Notes under the pieces: model-generated | Database searches by the model: none | Told to the model about the DNA's origin: nothing | What the model saw: only the letters and a program-made list of their open reading frames with translations | Position numbers and translations under genes: made by a program | In this document: positions 9,660 to 19,231 of the stretch, piece by piece | Layout: each line of letters opens with the position of its first letter | Numbering within the stretch: position 1 is the stretch's first letter | Source of the DNA: an uncultured Candidatus Rokubacteria bacterium | GTDB lineage: Bacteria > Methylomirabilota > Methylomirabilia > Rokubacteriales > DASRDR01 | Direction of reading: 5' to 3' | DNA: 64,000 nucleotides | NCBI GenBank assembly: GCA_963805625.1 | Contig: CAWDVE010000010.1 | Span: forward strand, 1,632,001-1,696,000

Positions 9660-11104
9660 GGCCCCACGATCTCGACGATCTGCGCGAGGAGACTCGCCAC
9701 CGGCGCCGGCACGAAGAGTCCCAGGGTGACCAGCGCCGCCATGCACAGGGCAAGGGGGACAAGCCGCCAGCGGTCCTCCTTCCCGCGGACCACTCCGGCG
9801 GGCGGCGTCCCGTACAGCATCCGGTTCGTGTGGGTCACGAACCCGACGCAGGCCACGGTCAGGAGCGCCAGTACGATCGCCATGAGCCAGGGTCGCCCGA
9901 TCGCAAAGCCGGCCCGCAGCAGCGCGAACTCCGAGACGAACAGGCCGAACGGCGGCAGGCCCACCAGGGCCAGCGCCCCGGCCAGGAACAGCCAGCCCGT
10001 CCCGGGCATCGACTGGAGCAGACCCGACACGCGCGCGATGTCGGCCGTCCGGTATCGATGGAGGACTCGCCCGGCGAGCAGGAACATCGTAGACTTCGCC
10101 AGCGTGTGGTTCAGGAGGTGCAACATCGTCGCCACTGTGCCTAGCGGTCCCAGCGTCAGCCCGACGCACATGAGACCCATGTGCTCGATGCTCGAGTAGG
10201 CGAGCATCCGCTTGTAGTTCCGCTGCATCACGAGGCTGAAGGCCGCGATCGCGAGTGACAGGACACCCAGGACGACCAGGAGCCGGTTCGGAAAGGCGTC
10301 GCCGACGGTGATGCTCACCACCGCCTTCCAGCGGACGATCGCATAGAGCGCGACCACGAGGAGCACGCCCGACATCATGGCGGAGAGGGGCGCGGGCGCC
10401 TCGGCGTGGGCGTCGGGAAGCCACGTGTGCATCGGCGCCAGCCCCGCCTTCGTCCCGTAGCCCACCAGAATGAACACGAACGCCAGCTCCATGACCTCGG
10501 GGTGAAGCGCGGGAGCGGCGGCTCTCAGCACGGTCCAGTTCAGGACGGCTTCCTGCGGGTCGGCCCCCACGAAGTCGAAGTACGCGAGCACCGTGCCGGC
10601 GAAGGCAAGGGCGATGCCCACCGACCCCAGCAGCAGGTACTTCCAGGAAGCCTCGACGGATGCCTTGGTGACGTCGAGCGCGATCAGCATCGCGGACGCG
10701 ATCGTGGTGGCCTCGATCGCCACCCACATCAGCCCGACGTTGTTGGTCGTGACCGCGCAGAGCATCGCGAAGGCGAACAGGTTGACGAAGATCTGGAAGC
10801 GGCGGGTCCGCCGGGGCTCGTCGCTCCACTCGAGTCCCGGGCCGAGCCACGCCGCCAGCACGGTCACCACCGACACGCAAGCGGCCAGCAGCGCCGACAG
10901 GGCGTCCGCTCGCAGGAGATCCTGCCACCCGGCCACCACGACCTTGTCCGCCAGGACCTGGCGCCCCAGCACGAGGGCCGCTCCGAGCGAGACCAGGGAC
11001 AGGCCCGCGTTCGCCCAGCCGACGGCCCGCCGGAAGGGCACGGTGACCAGGGCGAGCAGCGCCGCCAGCAACGGCGGGCCGAGCAGGAACCCGAAGGTGC
11101 GCAC
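9656..11104 (-). CDS. hyfF: Hydrogenase-4 component F-like antiporter subunit
   Basis: GYGTKAGLAPMHTWLPDAHAEAP, KRMLAYSS motifs. Confidence 0.88.
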   Translation of the reverse strand: MRTFGFLLGPPLLAALLALVTVPFRRAVGWANAGLSLVSLGAALVLGRQVLADKVVVAGWQDLLRADALSALLAACVSVVTVLAAWLGPGLEWSDEPRRTRRFQIFVNLFAFAMLCAVTTNNVGLMWVAIEATTIASAMLIALDVTKASVEASWKYLLLGSVGIALAFAGTVLAYFDFVGADPQEAVLNWTVLRAAAPALHPEVMELAFVFILVGYGTKAGLAPMHTWLPDAHAEAPAPLSAMMSGVLLVVALYAIVRWKAVVSITVGDAFPNRLLVVLGVLSLAIAAFSLVMQRNYKRMLAYSSIEHMGLMCVGLTLGPLGTVATMLHLLNHTLAKSTMFLLAGRVLHRYRTADIARVSGLLQSMPGTGWLFLAGALALVGLPPFGLFVSEFALLRAGFAIGRPWLMAIVLALLTVACVGFVTHTNRMLYGTPPAGVVRGKEDRWRLVPLALCMAALVTLGLFVPAPVASLLAQIVEIVGP

Positions 11105-11110
11105 CGTTCC

Positions 11111-11767
11111 TCAGTGCCTCAGCCGGCTCAGGCGCTCGACGTCCATGCTCTCGAACGTCTCGTGGATCTGATAGACGAAGATCTGCATGACCAGGAACCC
11201 GAGGAGGGCGTCCAGGAAGACGCCGAGCTCCACGATCAGGGGGATCCCGTAGGTGCCGAGAACGGCCAGGAGCGCCAGGCCGTTCTCCAGCATGAGGAAG
11301 CCGATGACCTGCGTGATCGCCTTCTTTCGGCTGACCAGGACGAACAGGCTGACTAGGATAAGTCCCATGGCGAGCGGCATCCCCGCCCGGGTCGGCAGGC
11401 GGCTGAGCGCCACCAGGGGGCGCGAGATCACGTAGCCCACGAGCACCAGCAGGCCGGCGATGACGAGCGACGTCGCCGTGTTCACGTAGGGCTCGAGCTC
11501 GCGCTCGGTGCGGAATCGCTGCTCCATGCGCCGGAGGAGCGATGGAATCGCGACTCCCTTGACGGCCAAGAGCAACGCGGCCACCCAGTACAGGTCAGGG
11601 CGCCGGCCATAGTACCCGACGACGGTCGTGACACCGGCGAGCACGGTCGACTGCCACGCGAAGGCGTTTACGTAGGCCGGCACCTCGCGCCGCCCCAGAA
11701 GGATGAACACGAACAACAGGATCAGGCTCGAGCCGAGGACGGCCAGCTGGGAGAACGTCGCCGTCAT
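11111..11767 (-). CDS. hyfE: Hydrogenase-4 membrane component E
   Basis: Hydrophobic; QVIGFLMLENG motif; operon position. Confidence 0.85.
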   Translation of the reverse strand: MTATFSQLAVLGSSLILLFVFILLGRREVPAYVNAFAWQSTVLAGVTTVVGYYGRRPDLYWVAALLLAVKGVAIPSLLRRMEQRFRTERELEPYVNTATSLVIAGLLVLVGYVISRPLVALSRLPTRAGMPLAMGLILVSLFVLVSRKKAITQVIGFLMLENGLALLAVLGTYGIPLIVELGVFLDALLGFLVMQIFVYQIHETFESMDVERLSRLRH

Positions 11768-11771
11768 CGGA

Positions 11772-12722
11772 TCACCGCAAGAGGAACGATGACGAGACCG
11801 CCAGGAGCGCCAGGACGAAGGAGACACTCAGAAGCTCAGGCACCCGGAAGAGCCGCAGCTTGGCGACGCATGTCTCGAACCCGGCGACGGTGGCCGCGAG
11901 GACCAGGAGCTTCAGCAGGAAGCTCCCCAGGGCCATCAGGAGCGCCTCCAGGGTCAGGGCGCTGGCCACGCCCCAGGGCACGAACAGATTGCCCAGCAGG
12001 GCGAAGAAGATGAGCAGCTTCGTCGCCGCCGCCCATTCGAGCAGGGCCAGGTAGCGCCCCGAGTACTCGAGGATCATGGCCTCGTGGATCATCGTGAGCT
12101 CGAGATGCGTCGCCGGATTGTCCACCGGCAGCCGCCCGGTCTCCGCCAGGGTGACGATGAAGAGCGCGGCGAACGCCAGCAGGTGCCCCGGGCTCACGGC
12201 CCGCGCTGGATCCGCCAGCGTGCTCACGACGATCCGTCCCAGGTTCGTGGAGCCCGCGCTCAGCGCCAGGGCGAACACCGCCAGGGCGACGGTCGGCTCG
12301 GCGAGGGCGGCGACCGTCACCTCGCGGCTCGCGCCCATTCCTCCGAACGCGGAGCCGGGATCGAGGCCGGCCAGCGCCAGGAAGAACGTGCCCAGGAGGA
12401 GCAGGTACACGAGGACGACCAAATCGCCCATCGCGTCGAACACCAGGGGCGCCGCCAGCACCGGCACCAGGGCCGTCATCGCCACCGTGCTGGCGAAGAT
12501 CACGAACGGCGCGGCCCGGAAGAGCCAGGAGGCGTTCCGGGAGACCACGACCTCCTTCCCGAAGAGCTTCCGCAGCTCGAGATACGGCTGCCAGAACGGC
12601 GCCCCGCGCCGGTTCTGCAGCCGCGCCTTCATCCAGCGAATCAGCCCCACCAGCCCGGGAGCGAGGAGCAGCGCCAGGGACGTCTGCCCGACGGCGACCA
12701 CGTAACGCATCAGCTCGGCCAT
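11772..12722 (-). CDS. hycD: NuoH/HycD-like membrane subunit
   Basis: KARLQNRRG, ETGRLPVDNP..HLELTMIHEAMILEYSG. Confidence 0.88.
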   Translation of the reverse strand: MAELMRYVVAVGQTSLALLLAPGLVGLIRWMKARLQNRRGAPFWQPYLELRKLFGKEVVVSRNASWLFRAAPFVIFASTVAMTALVPVLAAPLVFDAMGDLVVLVYLLLLGTFFLALAGLDPGSAFGGMGASREVTVAALAEPTVALAVFALALSAGSTNLGRIVVSTLADPARAVSPGHLLAFAALFIVTLAETGRLPVDNPATHLELTMIHEAMILEYSGRYLALLEWAAATKLLIFFALLGNLFVPWGVASALTLEALLMALGSFLLKLLVLAATVAGFETCVAKLRLFRVPELLSVSFVLALLAVSSSFLLR

Positions 12723-14749
12723 CGGGACACCAGCAGCAGCATGATGAGCGCGAGGATCATGTAGAGCAGGTAGAGGTGAAGCGATCCCGCCTGGAGCCAC
12801 CGCACGCGGAAGGCCGTCCGGCGCAGGAACGACACGACGGGCGTGTAGAGGAGCCGCTCGATCCAGGGATGCACCTCGCTCCGGTACGCGATCGACTGGA
12901 CGAAGTATCTCGATTCCGGGTGGAAGTCGATCGAGAGATCCTCGGTCGGGCGGTAGAGCTCGGCGAAGACCCGCCGGAGCGGCTCCGCGAACGCGGTTGC
13001 CGTGTACTCCATCCGGGGCGTCTGGCCGATGCGGCCGCAGCCCCAGGTGTCCCCCATGCGAAGCCGCCGATCGGCGGCGCCGAACCGGAACGCCACGCCC
13101 ACGGCCACCGACACCAGCACGAGCCCGGCCGCCACGGCGGCCGGCGCGATCACGCCCGCGGTGCCGGGCACCTCGAGCGTCAGCCCGGGCATCTTGGTCG
13201 CGAGACCCGCGGGCAGCCCGCCGAGCCCGCCCACCGCCGAGGCAAGGACCGGCACGACGAACGAGGGCAAGACCCCGAGAGCCAGACAGGCGAGCGCGAG
13301 CACGCCCATCCCGAGCTGCATGGCCAGCGGAACCTCCCGCGCCCCGGCGGCGTGGACCGTGCGGGGCATGGCGAGAAACGTGATGCCGAAGGCCTTCACG
13401 AAGCAGGCCGCCGCGAGCCCGCTCGTGAGCGCGAGCATCGCCACCGCGAACGCCATGATCAGACCAAGCTCCGGTCGGGGCAGCTGCGGCCCGCCCAGGA
13501 GCGCCTGGAATACGAGCCACTCCGAGGCGAAGCCGTTCAGGGGCGGAAGTCCGGAGATGGCGGCCGCACCCACAAGGAAGCAGAAAGCGGTGCGCGGCAT
13601 GCGCTTGATGAGCCCGCCGAGCTCCTCCATGTTCCGCGTGTGCGTCGCGTGAAGCACCGCCCCCGAGCCGAGAAAGAGCAGTCCCTTGAAGCAGGCATGG
13701 TTGAGGGTGTGGTACAGCCCGGCCACGAGCCCCAGCAGCGCGAGGGCCGTGAGCCCGTAGCTCTGGAACATCAGACCCGCGCCGATGCCCAGGAAGATGA
13801 TCCCGATGTTCTCGACGGAGTGATAGGCCAGGAGTCGCTTGAGATCGTGCTCCATCAGCGCGTAGAGCACGCCCAGGAGCGCGGAGACGGCCCCCGCCGC
13901 CAGGATGGCCCCACCCCACCAGGGCGGGCCCCCGCCGAGCAGATCCAGGGCGACCCGCAGCAGCCCGTAAACGCCCATTTTGATCATGGCGCCGGACATG
14001 AGCGCCGACACGTGGCTCGGGGCGGCCGGGTGCGCGAGCGGAAGCCACACGTGAAGGGGGACCAGGCCGGCTTTCGACCCGAATCCAAGGAGCGCGAGCA
14101 GAAACACGGCATTGCGCGCATGGGCAGGCAGCGCCGACGCGGCTGTACGGAGGTCCGCGAATCCGGTGGACGGCGCGCTCGCCGCCATGAGCAGGAAAGC
14201 CGCCATCAGCAGCACGAGCCCCCCGTGGGCCATGGCCAGATACCAGAGGCCAGCCTGGCGGGTCTCCCGCTCATCGGATTCGGTCAGGACCAGGAAGTAG
14301 GAGGCGACCGACATCATTTCCCAGAGGAGCAGGAACGTGACGACGTTGTCGGCGAGCGGGACGAGACTCAGGGCGAGCAGGAAGAGATTCAGCATGGCCC
14401 CGAGCAGGGGCAGGGAGTGAGTCCCCTCGTAGACGCGGGAATAGGCCCCGCCAAAGAGCGCGCTGGGGATGGCAACGACCTCCACGACCAGGAGGAAGAA
14501 TGCGCCCAGGCGGTCGAGATGCAGGCTGACGCCGCCCGCAATAGCGAGCAGCTGCGGGATCTCGAGCCGGAACGGGGTACCCGAGATCAGCGTGTCGAGG
14601 CCCAGGACGAGCCCGGCAGCGCCGCCGACGATCGCCCCCAGCGTCGTGAGGCCGCGGGCGCCCGCGCGCGTCGGGGCAAGGAGAGCGCCGCCGGCCCCAG
14701 CGACATGGCCGAGGACCATGGCCAGGAAGAGCGGCAGGGTCAGCGACAT
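12710..14749 (-). CDS. hyfB: Hydrogenase-4 component B-like antiporter subunit
   Basis: GFGSKAGLVPLHVWLPLAHPAAPSHVSALMSG, KRLLAYHSVENIG. Confidence 0.9.
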   Translation of the reverse strand: MSLTLPLFLAMVLGHVAGAGGALLAPTRAGARGLTTLGAIVGGAAGLVLGLDTLISGTPFRLEIPQLLAIAGGVSLHLDRLGAFFLLVVEVVAIPSALFGGAYSRVYEGTHSLPLLGAMLNLFLLALSLVPLADNVVTFLLLWEMMSVASYFLVLTESDERETRQAGLWYLAMAHGGLVLLMAAFLLMAASAPSTGFADLRTAASALPAHARNAVFLLALLGFGSKAGLVPLHVWLPLAHPAAPSHVSALMSGAMIKMGVYGLLRVALDLLGGGPPWWGGAILAAGAVSALLGVLYALMEHDLKRLLAYHSVENIGIIFLGIGAGLMFQSYGLTALALLGLVAGLYHTLNHACFKGLLFLGSGAVLHATHTRNMEELGGLIKRMPRTAFCFLVGAAAISGLPPLNGFASEWLVFQALLGGPQLPRPELGLIMAFAVAMLALTSGLAAACFVKAFGITFLAMPRTVHAAGAREVPLAMQLGMGVLALACLALGVLPSFVVPVLASAVGGLGGLPAGLATKMPGLTLEVPGTAGVIAPAAVAAGLVLVSVAVGVAFRFGAADRRLRMGDTWGCGRIGQTPRMEYTATAFAEPLRRVFAELYRPTEDLSIDFHPESRYFVQSIAYRSEVHPWIERLLYTPVVSFLRRTAFRVRWLQAGSLHLYLLYMILALIMLLLVSRWPS

Positions 14750-14751
14750 GC

Positions 14752-15279
14752 CTATCGCCGCAAGGTGCGGGCCGACAGGCGGTCGAGCGCTGCCAGGATC
14801 CCCCGGAGGATGTCCGCCGGCTCGGGAGGGCACCCGGCCACGAAGACGTCCACGGGGACGATCTGGTCGACGCTGCCGGCGATGGCGTAACTCCCCCGGA
14901 AGACGCCGCAGGTCTTGGCGCAGTCGCCCACCGCGACCACCAGCTTGGGGTCGGGTGTCGCCTCGTACGTCTTCCGGAGCGGCACCTCCATGTTGCGCGT
15001 GACCGGGCCGGTGACCAGCAGCAAATCCGCGTGCCGGGGCGAGGCGACGAAGTGGACGCCGAAGCGCTCGACGTCGTAGACGGGACCCGTGAGACCGCTG
15101 ATCTCTAGCTCGCACCCGTTGCAGGATCCGGCATCGACTTCCCGGATCCCGATCGCCCGGCCGAGCAGGCGCCGCGTACTCGCCTCCACCTGCCGCACCA
15201 GCTCGACGGTGGCCGCATCGCCGGGCTCGAGCGGCTCGGTGGCGAGCCCGACCTTCAGGATCTTGGCGAGGAGAGACAC
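14752..15279 (-). CDS. hycG: NuoB/HycG-like Fe-S small subunit
   Basis: DAGSCNGCELE, SPRHAD, VGDC, AGCPPEP. Confidence 0.9.
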   Translation of the reverse strand: MSLLAKILKVGLATEPLEPGDAATVELVRQVEASTRRLLGRAIGIREVDAGSCNGCELEISGLTGPVYDVERFGVHFVASPRHADLLLVTGPVTRNMEVPLRKTYEATPDPKLVVAVGDCAKTCGVFRGSYAIAGSVDQIVPVDVFVAGCPPEPADILRGILAALDRLSARTLRR

Positions 15280-15280
15280 G

Positions 15281-15634
15281 TCAGCCCCGCCGGTGCTCGC
15301 GCTTGAGCTCGCGGAGCATGTCCTGCGTTCCGGTGAGCTGGCTGCTGAAGATCCGGCGCGCGACCCGGAGAAGGTCGTCAACCAGGGGGTCGCGCAGGGC
15401 GTACCGGACCGTGGTGCCTTGCTTGCGCGCCGTCACCACGTGGTTCGTGCGCAGCACCGCCAGGTGCTGGGACACGCTCGACTGGTCGAGCGTCAAGACG
15501 GTCTGGAGCTCCTGAACGGTTCGATCGCGCTCCACCAGCAGCTCGACGAGCCGGATCCGGATCGGGTGAGCGAGCGCCTTGAAGAATCGCGCCTTGAACG
15601 CCTGCAGCTCGCCGGTTGCCTGGCTAGCGCCCAC
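15281..15634 (-). CDS. ArsR/SmtB family transcriptional regulator (Rv0081-like)
   Basis: FKALAHPIRIRLVELL..SSVSQHLAVLR; start set at GTG 15634 because the ATG at 15655 lies inside the promoter spacer. Confidence 0.9.
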   Translation of the reverse strand: MGASQATGELQAFKARFFKALAHPIRIRLVELLVERDRTVQELQTVLTLDQSSVSQHLAVLRTNHVVTARKQGTTVRYALRDPLVDDLLRVARRIFSSQLTGTQDMLRELKREHRRG

Positions 15635-15642
15635 GGAGCATG

Positions 15643-15670
15643 ATTGTATTGTCATAGTCTAATATGTCAA
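15643..15670 (-). promoter_or_regulatory. Sigma70 promoter of the arsR-ehr operon with a palindromic operator in the spacer
   Basis: Minus strand TTGACA-16nt-TACAAT; overlapping TATT-N4-TA-N4-AATA dyad; AT-rich patch. Confidence 0.75.
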
Positions 15671-15898
15671 CATAATGCTGCATACGGAATGGAGACGTGA
15701 CGACTTGGCGGCAAATCGTGGCCCGGCGCCCCAGACGAGGGATGCTCGTGCCGGGCATGGACTGGTGCCATCGTGCGGCGCGTGACCCGCGGCGAGCGAG
15801 GGCGAATGCCATCGCTCCGACGCAGGCTAACGGCGCGAGGGATCTCTTGACCCACCGAGCCCGCTGTCCACGAAAGCCGTAGGCGCCAGGTATCCGTC

Positions 15899-16372
15899 GT
15901 GGGACTCCACTTTCCACGAACCGGTCGGAAGGCTGGGGACGATCTCAGGGCCTCCATCACCTGGTGCGAGTATGTGTCGGCACTGTCCGCGGCGACGGAT
16001 CCAGGCGACCTGGGGCGTGGACGGACGCACACCGTCACGTCAGGGCTGCCGTACCTGGGCGTCGGACCGAACGAGACCGCGGTCAGCGCACTCTCCGAGC
16101 AGGTGCGCCGAAGGCCAGAGGATGAGACCGCCCACCGCCTCCTAGGCCTGACGCAGCTCGCCCGGGGGCGGATTGGGCCGGCCGTCAAACACCTCGAGAT
16201 CGCTCTCCGTCTTGTCTCGCATCACGCGCGGCGAGCCGTGGGCTTGACGGACGCCTTGCACCTTCAATGCGAGGCGGCGACGCTGCGTCTGATGCTGATA
16301 CGGCTCTACATGCGGCTGGGGAACGTGGCTAGGGCGCGCTCGTTGGCCCGTGAAGCCCAGACCGTCCTCTGA
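15899..16372 (+). CDS. Hypothetical TPR-like helical protein
   Basis: PEDETAHRLLGLTQLARG..AVKHLEIAL TPR-like pattern; start uncertain. Confidence 0.55.
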   Translation: MGLHFPRTGRKAGDDLRASITWCEYVSALSAATDPGDLGRGRTHTVTSGLPYLGVGPNETAVSALSEQVRRRPEDETAHRLLGLTQLARGRIGPAVKHLEIALRLVSHHARRAVGLTDALHLQCEAATLRLMLIRLYMRLGNVARARSLAREAQTVL

Positions 16373-16381
16373 GCGTCGTGG

Positions 16382-18718
16382 TCAGGCACCGCCCTGGCCA
16401 GCACGCTGCTGACTTGCCACCAGCGCCATGGCGATCCGCTCGGGCGTGATGGGCAGCTCCGTGATCCGCGCGCCGGTCGCGTCGAAGACCGCGTTGGCGA
16501 TGGCCGCCGGCGCGGGCACGATAGGGGGCTCGCCGACGCCCCGGGCCCCGAAGGGCCCGGCCGGCGAGGGCACCTCGACGATGATCGTCTCGATCTTCGG
16601 GAGGTCGGCCGCGGTGAGCTTCCGGTAGTCGAGTAGGCTCGGATTCGTGAGCCGCCCCTTCTCGTCGAAGAGAAGGCCCTCCGTGAGGGCAAACCCGAGG
16701 CTCTGGACGGCCCCGCCCTGCATCTGGCCCTCGACGCCGAGCGGATTGATCGCCTTGCCGGCGTCCTGGACCACCACGAACTCGTGGAGCGTGAGCTCAC
16801 CCGTATCCGGGTCCACCTCGACCCTGGCGAGCTGGGCGGCGAAGGCGGGGGCCTGCACCGCGAACGCGATGTGGCTCACGCCGAGCACCGGCGGCACCTT
16901 TGACATGTAGAGATTACCCTTCTTCCCGATCTGGGCCAGCGTGATCGAGCGGCTGGGCACGCCGCGAACCGTCACCCGGCCGTCCTCGATCTCGAGGTCG
17001 TGGACGGCGGCCTCCATCTCGGACGCGGCGATCTCGAGCGTCTGACGGCGGGCATCCTCCGCCGCCTGCATCACCGCGGCGCCGACCGTGTAGATCGTCT
17101 TGCTGCCCGCGCTGAGCCCGGTGAGCGGCGCGCTGTCGGTATCCCCGGTCGTGATCCGGACGCGGTCGACGTCCACCCCGAAGGCGGACGCGGCGATCTG
17201 CGCCAGCCCGATGTTCGTGCCGGCGATGTCGACCTGGCCGGTGAGGACCTGCAGCGACCCATCCGGATTGAGCCGGACCGTGGCGCCCGTGGGCTGGAGC
17301 CCCGGGATCCAGCCCCCGACCGCCAGCCCTGTGCCGCGCAGCCCGTGTCCGTTCCTGCCGCCGCCGGCCGCCCACTCCCCGCGAGTCTTCCACAGCGGGT
17401 GCTCGGCGAGCCGGCGCAGCACCTCCTTCGCCCCGTTGCTCTGCCAGGACTGGCCGTTGGCCATGGGATCGCCCTCTTGCATGAGGTGCCGGAGCCGAAA
17501 CTCGACCGGATCGAGCTTCAGCCGGCGGGCGATCTCCTCCATGTGGGAGTCGATGGCGAAAACGGTCTGGGGCGCGGTGGGCGCCCGGTAGGCGGCGACG
17601 CTCGGCTTGTGCGTCAGCACCTCGAAGCCGCGGACGTCGAAACTGGGCCACTTGTACAGGCTCCCCAGGAACACCAAGCTCATCGTCAGGACGGTGCCCG
17701 AGATCGAGCCGGAGTCCAGGATGGTCTCCGCTTCCAGCGCCAAGAGGGTGCCGTCCCGCTTGACCCCGGTCTTGAGCCGGATGATGACCTGGGGCGCGGG
17801 CATGCCGGCCTCGAGCTCCTCCCGCCGCGTCATCACGTAACGGACCGGGCGGCCGGTGGCGCGAGCCAGGATCGCGGTGATGGGCTCGCACAGCGCGCGG
17901 ATCTTGCCGCCGAATCCACCGCCGCACTCCATCGGGATCACCCGGATCCGGTTCTCCGGGATGCCGAGCACGTCGGCGACCTCGGAGCGCGTGTTGAAGG
18001 ACCCCTGCGTGCTCGCCCAGATCGTGAGCAGCCCGTTGCTGTCCCACTGGGCCAGCACGGCATGGGCCTCCAGGTAGCCCTGGTGGACCATCGGCACCCG
18101 GTAGGTGTGCTCGAGCACGAGGTCGGACTCGGCGAAGCCCTTGGCCACGTCCCCCCGGTGGAGGTGGGCCTGCTGCGCCACGTTCACGGCGCGGGCCGGC
18201 TCGGCCTCGCCCTTGGCCGCCGCCACCCCGGAATGCGCCAGCGCCTCGCTCGTGTCCGCCTCGGTCCCCGCGTCGGCCACCGGCGGCGCCCCGGGCAGCA
18301 TCGACCGCAAGGGGTCGATCGCGACCGGCAGCACCTCGTACGCCACCTCGATCAGGTCGAGTGCCTCCTCCGCGATCGCCAGCTCGTCCGCCGCCACGGC
18401 AGCCACGGGCTGGCCGGAAAAGATCGCGCGGTCGATGGCGAGCACCGCGTGGGCGCGGGTTGGCGCCTTGCGCTTGAGCTCTGGGATGTCGGCCGCCGTC
18501 AGGACGGCCCGCACGCCGGGCAGCGCCCGCGCGCGGCTGGCGTCGATCCGGAGGATGCGGGCGTGGGCATGGGGGCTCCGCAGGAGCTTCGCGTGGAGGA
18601 GCCCGCGCGGCTTGAGATCGGCCACGTACTGGACCTGGCCCGTCACCTTCTCCGGTCCGTCCGGTCGCGGAATGGAGAGCCCGACCCCCTTCACCTCGCG
18701 CGTGGTCTTCATCGCCAT
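16382..18718 (-). CDS. Xanthine dehydrogenase family molybdopterin-binding subunit
   Basis: GGGFGGK, AYRAP, EGQMQGG, GARGVGEPP. Confidence 0.92.
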   Translation of the reverse strand: MAMKTTREVKGVGLSIPRPDGPEKVTGQVQYVADLKPRGLLHAKLLRSPHAHARILRIDASRARALPGVRAVLTAADIPELKRKAPTRAHAVLAIDRAIFSGQPVAAVAADELAIAEEALDLIEVAYEVLPVAIDPLRSMLPGAPPVADAGTEADTSEALAHSGVAAAKGEAEPARAVNVAQQAHLHRGDVAKGFAESDLVLEHTYRVPMVHQGYLEAHAVLAQWDSNGLLTIWASTQGSFNTRSEVADVLGIPENRIRVIPMECGGGFGGKIRALCEPITAILARATGRPVRYVMTRREELEAGMPAPQVIIRLKTGVKRDGTLLALEAETILDSGSISGTVLTMSLVFLGSLYKWPSFDVRGFEVLTHKPSVAAYRAPTAPQTVFAIDSHMEEIARRLKLDPVEFRLRHLMQEGDPMANGQSWQSNGAKEVLRRLAEHPLWKTRGEWAAGGGRNGHGLRGTGLAVGGWIPGLQPTGATVRLNPDGSLQVLTGQVDIAGTNIGLAQIAASAFGVDVDRVRITTGDTDSAPLTGLSAGSKTIYTVGAAVMQAAEDARRQTLEIAASEMEAAVHDLEIEDGRVTVRGVPSRSITLAQIGKKGNLYMSKVPPVLGVSHIAFAVQAPAFAAQLARVEVDPDTGELTLHEFVVVQDAGKAINPLGVEGQMQGGAVQSLGFALTEGLLFDEKGRLTNPSLLDYRKLTAADLPKIETIIVEVPSPAGPFGARGVGEPPIVPAPAAIANAVFDATGARITELPITPERIAMALVASQQRAGQGGA

Positions 18719-18734
18719 GGTTCTTCAGCTCCCC

Positions 18735-19208
18735 TTACGTCCGCGTCGCGTGGGCGGCCTCGTCGATCGCGGCCAGCATCTTCGTGTAGCCGGTACACCG
18801 GCAGAGGTTGCCGGCGATACCGTACCGAATCTCGTCCTCCGTGGGGTGCGGCGTCTCGGCCAGGAGGGCCGCGGCCGCCATCAGGACGCCCGGAATGCAG
18901 AACCCGCACTGGGGCACGCCGTGGCGAACGAAGGCGTCCTGCAGCGGGTGGAGTGCCCCGTGCTTGCCAAGGCCCTCGATCGTCAGCACCGAGCGCCCGC
19001 GGGCTTGCATCGCCAGGATGAGGCAGCTCGCGACCGGCTGGCCATCCAGATGGACCGTGCACGCCCCGCAGTCGCCGGTCCCGCACCCCTCCTTGGGCCC
19101 GGTGAGACCGAGCCCCTCGCGGAGCGCGTCCAGGAGGGTCTCGTAAGGCTGGACGAGGACCTCCACCGACTCTCCGTTGACCGTGCAGCCGAGAACCTGC
19201 TTGGGCAC
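18735..19208 (-). CDS. (2Fe-2S)-binding small subunit (CoxS/XdhC-like)
   Basis: GCGTGDCGACTV, QCGFCIPG, GNLCRCTGY. Confidence 0.93.
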   Translation of the reverse strand: MPKQVLGCTVNGESVEVLVQPYETLLDALREGLGLTGPKEGCGTGDCGACTVHLDGQPVASCLILAMQARGRSVLTIEGLGKHGALHPLQDAFVRHGVPQCGFCIPGVLMAAAALLAETPHPTEDEIRYGIAGNLCRCTGYTKMLAAIDEAAHATRT

Positions 19209-19231
19209 GCGGCGGTTCCTCCCCGGGATCG

